A stretch of DNA of 64,000 nucleotides, taken from assembly GCA_965197925.1 (NCBI GenBank), contig CBDAOC010000020.1:832001-896000 (forward strand), given 5' to 3'. Shown piece after piece: positions 35,993-44,777 of the stretch. The position numbers and the translations under genes were made by a program. The notes under the pieces are model-generated. The model saw only the letters and a program-made list of their open reading frames with translations, had not been told where the DNA came from and searched no databases. This DNA is from Nitrososphaerales archaeon. Lineage in GTDB: Archaea; Thermoproteota; Nitrososphaeria; Nitrososphaerales; UBA213. Every line of letters starts with the position of its first letter. Position 1 is the stretch's first letter.

Positions 35993-36024
35993 TATAAGAA
36001 TTCTTATATATAAGAACTCTTATA
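35993..36024. promoter_or_regulatory. Two abutting TATAAGA-NN-TCTTATA palindromes in the ATPase promoter
   Basis: TATAAGAATTCTTATA 35993-36008 and TATAAGAACTCTTATA 36009-36024, between a TATA-like box and the ATG. Confidence 0.65.
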
Positions 36025-36128
36025 TGGTTATATATAAAGGCTATTTAAATCAAGAGTGAATAAGAGCATAATTTGAACCATAAGACCATTAATTGAAAAA
36101 TAGTCTATAGAACGGTCTTTGTCTGTCA

Positions 36129-36238
36129 AAGCTCGGGACAGTGAGCGTTTGGGGTTTTGTAGCCACTCCAGTGGCTTACTGCCCAATTTTGATTCGATGG
36201 ACTTGAACTCACATTGGGTTCAAATCCCACCGAGCCTA
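36129..36238 (+). ncRNA. tRNA-like structured element (acceptor stem + T-arm, no D-arm, long internal hairpin)
   Basis: GCTCGG/CCGAGC terminal stem, TGGG-TTCAAAT-CCCA T-arm, nested stems GTGAG/CTCAC, TTGGG/CCCAA, GCCAC/GTGGC. Confidence 0.45.
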
Positions 36239-36348
36239 CTCAAGTTATGGTTTCAAACAAGTCGGTTTATTTCTGACCTGAATATTCTTGACGAACAAGT
36301 CAGAACGGTGAGATACTTTTATACTGTGAAGATTCCAGTTAAATGGTT

Positions 36349-36879
36349 TTATGTATGTCCGTGATTTTCTTCACCTTTCTCACCATGTATCGTTATCGTC
36401 ACAGTATATCCAGCATTACCATGGAAACGAACTCTTTCTTCCGATGTGTTTGCTAGAGCAATATCTGTAATACCTTCGCCTATATCAGCATGATACACGC
36501 ATGACAACGGGGGGTTCGAAAGTGGGGCAACATACTCCAATTCCAAAGGAGCAACATCTGGTGCCACACCGACAAGCAAAGTTAAAAGTTGTTTACCATC
36601 GGGTCCACATGGAACTTTCATTGCAACATGTCCCTCTTCAGACAAGTATGTTGTGATGTCCATTAGAAGTATGAAATCACTTGGATTTATCCAGCCATGA
36701 AGATTAATTGTTTCGGTATCGACTATATGCCTGCCAAATTCATCTTCTATCATCTCTTGCATAGATCCTTCTTCTTCCATTTCCTGACTAGCAGCCTGAT
36801 TCTGTCCCAGAAGAGCAAAAGGAATTAGTAAGCCTACTAAAACTACTGCAGAGACAATAACTATTTTGTTCGTTTTCAT
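36349..36879 (-). CDS. Secreted or membrane-anchored hypothetical protein, possible metal binding
   Basis: N-terminal hydrophobic helix, Met/Glu-rich linker, GHVAMKVPC, CVYHAD, C-terminal HGHT. Confidence 0.7.
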   Translation of the reverse strand: MKTNKIVIVSAVVLVGLLIPFALLGQNQAASQEMEEEGSMQEMIEDEFGRHIVDTETINLHGWINPSDFILLMDITTYLSEEGHVAMKVPCGPDGKQLLTLLVGVAPDVAPLELEYVAPLSNPPLSCVYHADIGEGITDIALANTSEERVRFHGNAGYTVTITIHGEKGEENHGHT

Positions 36880-37680
36880 AATGGGAATTATCTAAGAGAT
36901 GATGTGAGAATATTTAACCTTTTATTGAATAGTTCATTTAAAGTGATTAATTGCTAGACGTATAATCGCATTTATACTAATTTACACAAAAAATAAAATC
37001 ATCAAATATATTTTGCAACTTTCATCCCAATTGAATAGATGAAGGTTCTTACTCAAATTAAATATCATTCGTAAGAAAATGGTAAAACTACAACTAAATG
37101 GAACTAGTACTATGGTCTGAGATAGTAATTACCAAACTAGAAACTTCACAATTTTGTAAGATTATTCTTGACAAGTCACACGGCGGCACATATGCGTGTA
37201 TTTATACGCCCGCGTGTACTCTAATAATATGAAGGCAAGCCTCCAAGTCTGCAAAGGTAAATCCTACACCATCTTTATCTAGTCTATAAAAGCAGAAGAG
37301 ACAAGGGTTAGGTACAGGCAAAGACTCAGGAAGTTCCTTACTGTTGTTTGTCATGATACCGAAAGCCTAGCTGATTTGGGAAGGTCTAACCCAAAGAAGC
37401 TAACGGAAGTCATAATAACTTACATATTGAAGGAGAAGGAACGCGTCAGGTCTAAGGAAATAAAACCTGGTACTCTTGCAGAGAATATCAAACCTGTCAG
37501 ACTCTTTTTCGAAATGAACGACATACTTCTAAACTAGAAGAAACTTTACAGACTCTTGCTAGGGCAGGAAGAGAAAACGGAGGACAGAGCTTATTCAAAG
37601 GAAGAGATTGCAAAACTCCTTGAGTTTGCTGACATTCGATCAACAGTCATCGTCCTTAGTATGGTGAGCTCTGGTTGCAG

Positions 37681-38570
37681 GGTAAGGTAGGGTAAGGTAG
37701 GGTAAGGTAGGGTAAGGTAGGGTAAGGTAGGGTAAGGTAGGGTAAGGTAGGGTAAGGTAGGGTAAGGTAGGGTAAGGTAGGGTAAGGTAGGGTAAGGTAG
37801 GGTAAGGTAGGGTAAGGTAGGGTAAGGTAGGGTAAGGTAGGGTAAGGTAGGGTAAGGTAGGGTAAGGTAGGGTAAGGTAGGGTAAGGTAGGGTAAGGTAG
37901 GGTAAGGTAGGGTAAGGTAGGGTAAGGTAGGGTAAGGTAGGGTAAGGTAGGGTAAGGTAGGGTAAGGTAGGGTAAGGTAGGGTAAGGTAGGGTAAGGTAG
38001 GGTAAGGTAGGGTAAGGTAGGGTAAGGTAGGGTAAGGTAGGGTAAGGTAGGGTAAGGTAGGGTAAGGTAGGGTAAGGTAGGGTAAGGTAGGGTAAGGTAG
38101 GGTAAGGTAGGGTAAGGTAGGGTAAGGTAGGGTAAGGTAGGGTAAGGTAGGGTAAGGTAGGGTAAGGTAGGGTAAGGTAGGGTAAGGTAGGGTAAGGTAG
38201 GGTAAGGTAGGGTAAGGTAGGGTAAGGTAGGGTAAGGTAGGGTAAGGTAGGGTAAGGTAGGGTAAGGTAGGGTAGGGTAAGGTAGGGTAGGGTAAGGTAG
38301 GGTAAGGTAGGGTAAGGTAGGGTAAGGTAGGGTAAGGTAGGGTAAGGTAGGGTAAGGTAGGGTAAGGTAGGGTAAGGTAGGGTAAGGTAGGGTAAGGTAG
38401 GGTAAGGTAGGGTAAGGTAGGGTAAGGTAGGGTAAGGTAGGGTAAGGTAGGGTAAGGTAGGGTAAGGTAGGGTAAGGTAGGGTAAGGTAGGGTAAGGTAG
38501 GGTAAGGTAGGGTAAGGTAGGGTAAGGTAGGGTAAGGTAGGGTAAGGTAGGGTAAGGTAGGGTAAGGTAG
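37681..38570. repeat. (GGTAAGGTAG) tandem array, 890 bp
   Basis: 88 decamers plus two extra GGTAG pentamers at ~38271-38290. Confidence 0.97.
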
Positions 38571-38997
38571 GGTAGGCGCCCTTCCCAACTTGAAGGTGAA
38601 GGATATCATACCGGTTGAAATTGATGGAAAGGTAGTTTGTAGAAGAATTTGTTTATGCAAATTCGGCAGGGGAACTTGTAACATTCGTGAGCTTAGGGTG
38701 TTATCATGCTATTGAGAATTATTACGAATATAGAAAACGTAATCATGAAAAGCTCAACACGGAATCTCCCTTGTTGCGCGATTCTGTCAGGGTGTACAAC
38801 GTGAAAGAGATAGAACGGTGCAGGCCCCTTGAATAGAACGATCAAGATATCATGAAGACGTACAAATCCGGTCTTAGGGTGAAAATGGATGCTTGCAGAT
38901 ATGGGGTCTCAACTGACCGTGGTTTCCGCAAGTTCTTTAACGCCCAAGCAAAGCTTGCGGAGATGGAACCGCTTCATAAGGAAATGCTCTTGGGTCA

Positions 38998-39157
38998 CAA
39001 AGTAGGACTGGAGAGGAGCCATTATCTGAAAAGATCCGATATCTTGTCGATGTCATCACCTGTCAAAGTAGGACCAGAGAGAAGCTATTATGCAAACAGG
39101 GCCGGGATTGAAATACAGGGTGACAAGCCAGAGTAGGACCAGGAAGGATCTATTATC
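38998..39157. CRISPR. Non-canonical CRISPR-like array inside the integrase gene (3 repeats, 2 spacers)
   Basis: 29-bp repeats at 38998, 39064, 39129 (consensus CAAAGTAGGACCAGAGAGGAGCTATTATC, 2-4 mismatches each) with unrelated 37- and 36-bp spacers. Confidence 0.6.
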
Positions 39158-39469
39158 GATCCCCCTGAGAGTGCCCTTCTGAAAGACTACAGGGTCATGC
39201 CAAATCTTACAATCAACGATGCAGAGCCGGTACGACTTGCCCAGAGTTGAAAAGGGACTGAACTGAAATTGAGCCGCTGAAGGATAAAGTTGCAGGGTTT
39301 GGGGAACTAGCCAAACACCTCAAAGAGCATGGTGTACTGAAGGATACCTCTTTCTAGAATATGCTCAGATCCCCTTGAACCTGAACATGGCTTCTACACA
39401 TGGCAACTAACAAAACCAAATCAATATAATTTTTGTAATCAGGCATCCTGGCTCCGTTGGGCACATCAT

Positions 39470-39595
39470 TTCCACATAAGAGCTTGAACCATATCCGTCC
39501 TCGAACTTCACCCGTAGGGTTTCCAACAGTGTGAATGTTAACACGCGTATTTCCCGACGTCATCTCGGCAATGAGTGCAGACAACATCTTACCAT
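39470..39595 (-). pseudogene. CHRD-domain C-terminal fragment
   Basis: LSALIAEMTSGNTRVNIHTVGNPTGEVRGRI matches the CHRD pattern YVNVHT..NP.GEIRGQI. Confidence 0.65.
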
Positions 39596-39625
39596 CCTTC
39601 AACCCTGCAATGGTTCGATTCAAAC
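39596..39625 (-). CRISPR. Solitary CRISPR repeat
   Basis: CCTTCAACCCTGCAATGGTTCGATTCAAAC, 4 mismatches to the 41623 repeat. Confidence 0.75.
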
Positions 39626-39851
39626 CTATAGTATTTCACCGGGATAAGGAAACAGTGGATAGGCAACCAGCCAGGTATCTAATCCACCGAGTAATGACGG
39701 CAATAAAATTATTGCAAGGTGGAAAATAATATTTTTTAGGCGTGATCCTCTCTGCAAAAATGCAAAATAAGCATTGTTTGAGGATACTTATTTAACCATT
39801 AAGTGCCATAATACGTAGTAAAATCCAAAAAGAAGGCAAGAGATAGATACC

Positions 39852-39882
39852 CTTTCAACCCCTACAATGGTTCGATTCAAAC
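39852..39882 (-). CRISPR. Solitary CRISPR repeat
   Basis: CTTTCAACCCCTACAATGGTTCGATTCAAAC (one extra C). Confidence 0.8.
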
Positions 39883-40179
39883 ATATTTCTGCCATTTCTC
39901 TTTATTGGAAAAATATGCCGGACACACCTTGAAATTTTGATCTGAGAATCGATCCAAGGTAAAAGCTGGACTGCCCTAGGCCGTGGTCGTGTATGTATCG
40001 CTCTACGAGATCCTAGAGAATGTCGCTCATGGCCTTCCCCTCCTTTTGAGAAATTCTCTTAAAGTTTGCGATTAAATCTGACTCTGCCGAGAATCCGAAA
40101 CATTCACGATTTTTGTATTTCCGCGGGCGCCCAAACTCCTATCCCTTCCCGTCCATATTTTCTTATATATATATATATA

Positions 40180-41056
40180 CAACTGATCCCAAAACTGATC
40201 ATTTAGTGAATAATTGACGATCATTTGGATCTATTTGCAATGCTGCCCGTAGCAGATCATGAAATTTCAGGAGATAACAGGTGAACAATGGAAGATGATA
40301 TCACCGCATCTCCCCAAGCCAGCCAGAACCGGAAGGCCAAGGGCAGACGACAGAAAGACAGTCAACGGAATCCTGTTTGTCGGGATAACAGGATGCAGGT
40401 GGACTGGGATGTCACAAAGGTACGGCTCCAAATCAACTGCGCACCGCAGACTGCAGAACTGGCAGCGACGTGGAATATGGAAGAATATCCTCTCCGCTGC
40501 AGTCAAATCAGCCCACAGATCAGGCAAGATGCAGCTGCAAAAAACGGTCGATTCGTCATCAGTTCCGGCCAAAAAAGGGGAAGCGTCATAGGATACAACG
40601 GATTCAACAGGATTTCAGGCACAAAAATACACGTTGCGGTGGAACAAAACGGACTGCCAGTCTCAGTAGTAATGTCCTGCAAATCAGCATGACTCTGCAA
40701 GATTTGTAGACGTGATGGATGGCATCTCACAATATCTGGATGAGAGATCTATCAGAAAAATTGCGCGGTGCCAAGCAGACAAGGGCCATGATGCAGAATT
40801 CATCAGGAAATACCTCACCAAAAGAAAAATCTCTGACTGCATGCCTTACAGAAAAAACAGTAAGACACAACAACAAAATGATAATACAGAACAATACCTA
40901 TACGGCAAGACGCGCTATGTTGTGGAGAGATTCTTTGCCTGGTTGAAGAATGGGTTCCACAGAACCAGGATCAGATATGAGAAGAATGCACAAAACTATC
41001 TGGCATTTGTTATCATTTCGTCGATTATGATGTATTGGAGAGTATTGGGATGACTT
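40180..41056 (+). mobile_element. IS5-family (IS427-like) element, copy 2
   Basis: Near-identical to the 26382 and 57035 copies; extra frameshift at GTAATGTCCTGC; inserted beside a TA run. Confidence 0.92.
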
Positions 41057-41154
41057 TAGTATATTTATATGAATTAGTTAGCGTATAATATTCCTGACCG
41101 TCATAAACTGTGTCGCTAAGACCGGGTGACAAAATCCATGTGTAAGGAGATTTA

Positions 41155-41469
41155 TTACATTGAATCGCTTGCGTATTCCGTAAACTCATCGCAGTAATTA
41201 GAAACACTTTCCTCCACCTCTTCACCTTGTAAAGCATCATTGAATAACATCCCGCATAGTTGCATTGTTCCCTCATTCGTTAGACCTTCGACCTCCTCTG
41301 GGGAATAACCAGTAGAATCTATGAATGTGTTAATCTCATTAGCCCATGCACGCACTTCTTCGTCTGATTTCATTATTTCAATTTCAGGCGGCTGTATCAT
41401 GTTCATAATCACAGTACCAGCTATAATTCCAACTATAACAAGCAATATGATTTTTGTATTTTTCTTCAA
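41155..41469 (-). CDS. Small membrane-anchored hypothetical protein
   Basis: MKKNTK + hydrophobic helix, acidic domain with two Cys. Confidence 0.6.
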   Translation of the reverse strand: MKKNTKIILLVIVGIIAGTVIMNMIQPPEIEIMKSDEEVRAWANEINTFIDSTGYSPEEVEGLTNEGTMQLCGMLFNDALQGEEVEESVSNYCDEFTEYASDSM

Positions 41470-41556
41470 ACCAGTATCACTCCTTTACCTGCTCAGCTAC
41501 TCTTATTTATGTTTCTCGTAAACCTGCTCTGAAAATTCTATTTGTTGGTCTTGATT

Positions 41557-41738
41557 CTTTCAATCCTACAATAGTTTGATTCAAACAAAAAGGGTCAGTC
41601 GAAAAGATCGACTACATGACGCCTTTCAATCCTACAATAGTTCGATTCAAACGACTGATGTCAGGTTCCTTCACGGACTGGCACAAATAGCTTTCAATCC
41701 TATAATAGTTCGATTCAAACTAATAGTTCGATTCAAAC
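41557..41738 (-). CRISPR. CRISPR mini-array: three 30-bp repeats + 18-bp partial repeat, 2 spacers, no cas genes in window
   Basis: Repeats 41557-41586, 41623-41652, 41691-41720; minus strand GTTTGAATCGAACTATTGTAGGATTGAAAG with the ATTGAAAG end typical of type I-B-like repeats; spacers 36 and 38 bp. Confidence 0.92.
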
Positions 41739-41984
41739 TTGGTTAAAATTGTTCATTATTATATGATTGGAATGAATGAATTATTCTCTAATAGCCGGAC
41801 ACCTCGTAGAGTAATTCAAAGACAAACGTTCAACATATGCTTTCTATTGCCTCCTTTACTGGATTACCGCCATCATCGTTTAGAGAACAATCAACTGCGT
41901 TTAGCACAAGTCCACCCTTTGCTGAGCATTTTTATCTTGACTTTCATATTGGGTCATTATCTACCTTTAGGTTATGGTGATATT

Positions 41985-42078
41985 CTCAAAATATTCATCT
42001 ATGTTGATATTGGAGCATATTATACTAACTCAAAATATTCATCTATGTTGATATTGGAGCATATTATACTAACTCAAA
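41985..42078. repeat. 44-bp tandem duplication
   Basis: 41985-42028 = 42029-42072, CTCAAA microhomology. Confidence 0.9.
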
Positions 42079-42294
42079 TAATTGCTTTAGAATCATAGGA
42101 CCTTTCATCGCCTATTATTTCCCTGTATTAGGTTCTACAGTGAAAAATGGTAACTGGGGAAGCAGCAACAGTGTAGACAAAGAAAATTCTTGCAGAGGCT
42201 TCAATTATAGTTAAATTTGTTGTTAATGGTTAGTATTAATGCCTTCTCGGTAGAGTAACAGTTATTTAAGGTAATGTACCATAAACATATAGGT

Positions 42295-42510
42295 ATGTCT
42301 CAACTAGAGATCCACAAGCGTACTAGGGATTTGAGGATACTTGCCCTTACACAATGGACCATGGATAACAACATCGCAAATTTTACATACATTGTGGCTG
42401 AGACACAGAGAAGATTCAATGTTTCAAGATCGACTGCGAATTCTTACGCAAATGAAGTTGTTAAAAGATTAGATAAGTTGAAGCTTCAAACTTTCTACTG
42501 TAGTATCTGA
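42295..42510 (+). CDS. Small HTH-like protein, paralog of 12864-13079
   Basis: Same length (71 aa), RRFNVSRSTANSY, identical FYCSI terminus. Confidence 0.75.
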   Translation: MSQLEIHKRTRDLRILALTQWTMDNNIANFTYIVAETQRRFNVSRSTANSYANEVVKRLDKLKLQTFYCSI

Positions 42511-42669
42511 GAAAAGTCTACAGACGATACAATAACTGTCTTATATACTGTTATACACATAAAGAGTTACAGTGTATTAAAAGTTGGAACGCTTTTGAAC
42601 ACACATTCCTACTGTTCCGCAGGATTCCTAAAGTAAACCGCAATCCTATACTATGTAGAAGAGAGATGA

Positions 42670-43737
42670 GTGGTTTGGGAGGTTATGAAGATGGCATTAA
42701 GTGAATTACGCAGGGACTACCTAGTAAACCGGTTTGTAGTAGTTCCAACAGATAGAGGTACTAAGATTGGCAATGGCAATGGGCATCCAAGAAAGCTTGC
42801 TAGAGCGTGTTTGTATTGTCCCGGCAATGAACATTTGACTTCTCCAGCAGTGCTAGCAATGGTACAGAGGAACGGGATGTATCAGATGCTTAGTGATGGT
42901 GAAGGCGATCAGGTAAAGGACTGGTCTGTCAGGGTATTTCCAAGTAGCGAACCCGCAGTTAGTACGGCTCCGAATGTTTCTTATGGTGACGAACCCTTAT
43001 ATCGAGAACCTGCTTATGGTTTTCATTACGTAGTAGTACCGGCACCAGATCATAAGCAGAGTTTATGGAATATGCCAATAGAACAGTGGACAAATTCATT
43101 ATTGGCTATACAAGACAGGGTCAAATGGTTATATTCACAAAAAAGAGTTAATTATGTATCGATATTTGCAAGTGATGGAAATAATGGGAATGCCGTGAGA
43201 GAGCATTCACATATCAATCTAGTAACACTCCCAAATATACCGCATACAATTCTACAAGAGGCTGAAGCGGCAAAGAAGATAATAGAAGACACTGGGACAT
43301 GCCCCATATGTAACATAGTTCATTTTGAAGGGGATGGACCAAGAGAAATTTTGTCAACACAACATTTCGTTGCAATATGCCCATGGGCATCAACATCTCC
43401 ATACGAGTTCTGGATCGTACCGAAAAGGCATTCAGCAAATTTCTCATCAGTTACTCAGATGGAGGTCAATGACTTAGCTATGATGTTAAGGTCTACTCTT
43501 GGCGGATTATGCAAAACATTAAAGGATGTACAATTCAATTTGGCATTTCACTTGTCTCCAGAAAGGAAGAATAATGTAATGGTACATTGGCATGTAGAAG
43601 TGTATCCACAGATATCTAACTGGGCCGGATTCGAGAGAGCTTTCGGTGTTTACATGAGCAATACAAGTCCAGAAGATGCCGCACAGGAATTAAAGCCTAA
43701 TTGTAGGGAAGAGTTTGCAAAATCTGTTGGCGTATGA
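42670..43737 (+). CDS. galT: Galactose-1-phosphate uridylyltransferase (HIT) family protein
   Basis: SELRRD, CLYCPGNE, HSH motif, CPIC, PYEFWIVPKRH, HWHVEVYP, WAGFE; true start may be ATG 42691. Confidence 0.8.
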   Translation: MVWEVMKMALSELRRDYLVNRFVVVPTDRGTKIGNGNGHPRKLARACLYCPGNEHLTSPAVLAMVQRNGMYQMLSDGEGDQVKDWSVRVFPSSEPAVSTAPNVSYGDEPLYREPAYGFHYVVVPAPDHKQSLWNMPIEQWTNSLLAIQDRVKWLYSQKRVNYVSIFASDGNNGNAVREHSHINLVTLPNIPHTILQEAEAAKKIIEDTGTCPICNIVHFEGDGPREILSTQHFVAICPWASTSPYEFWIVPKRHSANFSSVTQMEVNDLAMMLRSTLGGLCKTLKDVQFNLAFHLSPERKNNVMVHWHVEVYPQISNWAGFERAFGVYMSNTSPEDAAQELKPNCREEFAKSVGV

Positions 43738-43978
43738 AAATTTCGTTGGCCTGATGAGTTTGAAGCTGAGTCAAAAGTAAAAGAATTTACGGAAAAAATC
43801 TAGATATATAATCCAATTAAGATGTGATGAACTATCCTATGGTTTGTTTTACTTTGGATATTCTGGGGTTGCTTGGTTTTATAACTAATATTAAGGTAGT
43901 ATCACATGACTTGCGAAAATGTAAAAAATAGTCAAGACCCAATGCTTTTATATAGAATGTATAGAAGTTAGACGAATA

Positions 43979-44683
43979 ATGGTAAATCCTAGAGCATGGC
44001 TTGCTGAAGCAATCTCCACTTTTGCTCTTGTCTTCTTCGGTACTATATCTATCACCCTAGCAGCCGTTTCCTTTGGAAATGGATTATCAGTTGAGGCAAT
44101 AATAATGATTTCCTTAGCACATGGGGGTGCGATAGGTCTTATGGTATATGCATTCGGACATATTTCTGGGGCTCACATTAATCCTGCGGTAACAATTCCA
44201 ATGATGATAACCAGGAAGATTGGTGTAGCAGACGGTTTTGCTTACATCGGGTCTCAATTGGCAGGAGCAGCTGCTGCCGCTTTTGCACATAAAGCAATAC
44301 TTCCTCAAGGGGCATCTGTAAATTTTGGCGTACAGACTGGCCCGAGCGAACTCTTAGGATTCAGCGTATCGTCTGCCATATGGGTAGAAATGATACTTAC
44401 CTTCTTCCTGGTTACTGTGATTTACATGGTCGCGGTTCATAAGAAGGCTCCAGCCGGAATACATGGAATAACTATTGGCGGTATGGTATTTCTAATTCAT
44501 CTTATAAGCGTACCATTGACTGGTGCAAGCGTAAATCCTGCCAGAACCTTTGGACCTGCTTTAGCATCTGGATTCTGGGAATTCCACTGGATTTATTGGG
44601 TAGCGCCCATAATAGGTGGAATAATTGCTGGTGTTATAATGCAGTACGTTTATGTCAGAAAGGCAGACAAAGAATCAACCTAA
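43979..44683 (+). CDS. Aquaporin (MIP family)
   Basis: SGAHINPAVT and SVNPARTFGP. Confidence 0.95.
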   Translation: MVNPRAWLAEAISTFALVFFGTISITLAAVSFGNGLSVEAIIMISLAHGGAIGLMVYAFGHISGAHINPAVTIPMMITRKIGVADGFAYIGSQLAGAAAAAFAHKAILPQGASVNFGVQTGPSELLGFSVSSAIWVEMILTFFLVTVIYMVAVHKKAPAGIHGITIGGMVFLIHLISVPLTGASVNPARTFGPALASGFWEFHWIYWVAPIIGGIIAGVIMQYVYVRKADKEST

Positions 44684-44777
44684 ATGTTGCAAATCGTTAC
44701 TAACATTTTGTAATTGAGAAAAATTGTTTATTGTCTACTTGATTCAATATACATTACTTAATTTAGGTAATAGCATC

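Larger units (their letters stand above)
37229..39357 (+). pseudogene. Tyrosine recombinase/integrase pseudogene
   Basis: Reconstruction: DRAYSKEEIAKLLEFADIR..SSGCR|VGALPNLKVKD..YRKRNHEKLNTESPLLRD..RGFRKFF..MLLGHKVGLERSHY..LLKDY..PNLTIND; two TAGs, frameshifts, 890-bp repeat insertion, two repeat-spacer insertions. Confidence 0.88.

Noticed and set aside
37656..38684. 342-aa LTLPYP-repeat ORF on the minus strand
   Set aside because: Read-through of the stop-free strand of the decamer array inside the integrase pseudogene.
39275..39304. About 17/30 match to the solitary CRISPR repeat (TGAA..TTGCAGGGTT), and GGATTGAAA inside the spacer at 39105
   Set aside because: Too degenerate or short and on the opposite strand to the real repeats; the first is explained as integrase C-terminal coding sequence.
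39626..39851. Possible hidden degenerate repeats between the two solitary repeats
   Set aside because: Only scattered matches at ~66-bp offsets; not supportable.
41653..41690. Spacer similarity GACTGATGT to ~60924 upstream of the CdvB-like gene
   Set aside because: Only 9 nt, expected by chance; no convincing self-target seen by eye (search not exhaustive).
41739..42098. 119-aa ORF beside the mini-array as a cas gene or effector
   Set aside because: No recognisable motif, runs through a 44-bp duplication and the expected leader side; likely spurious.
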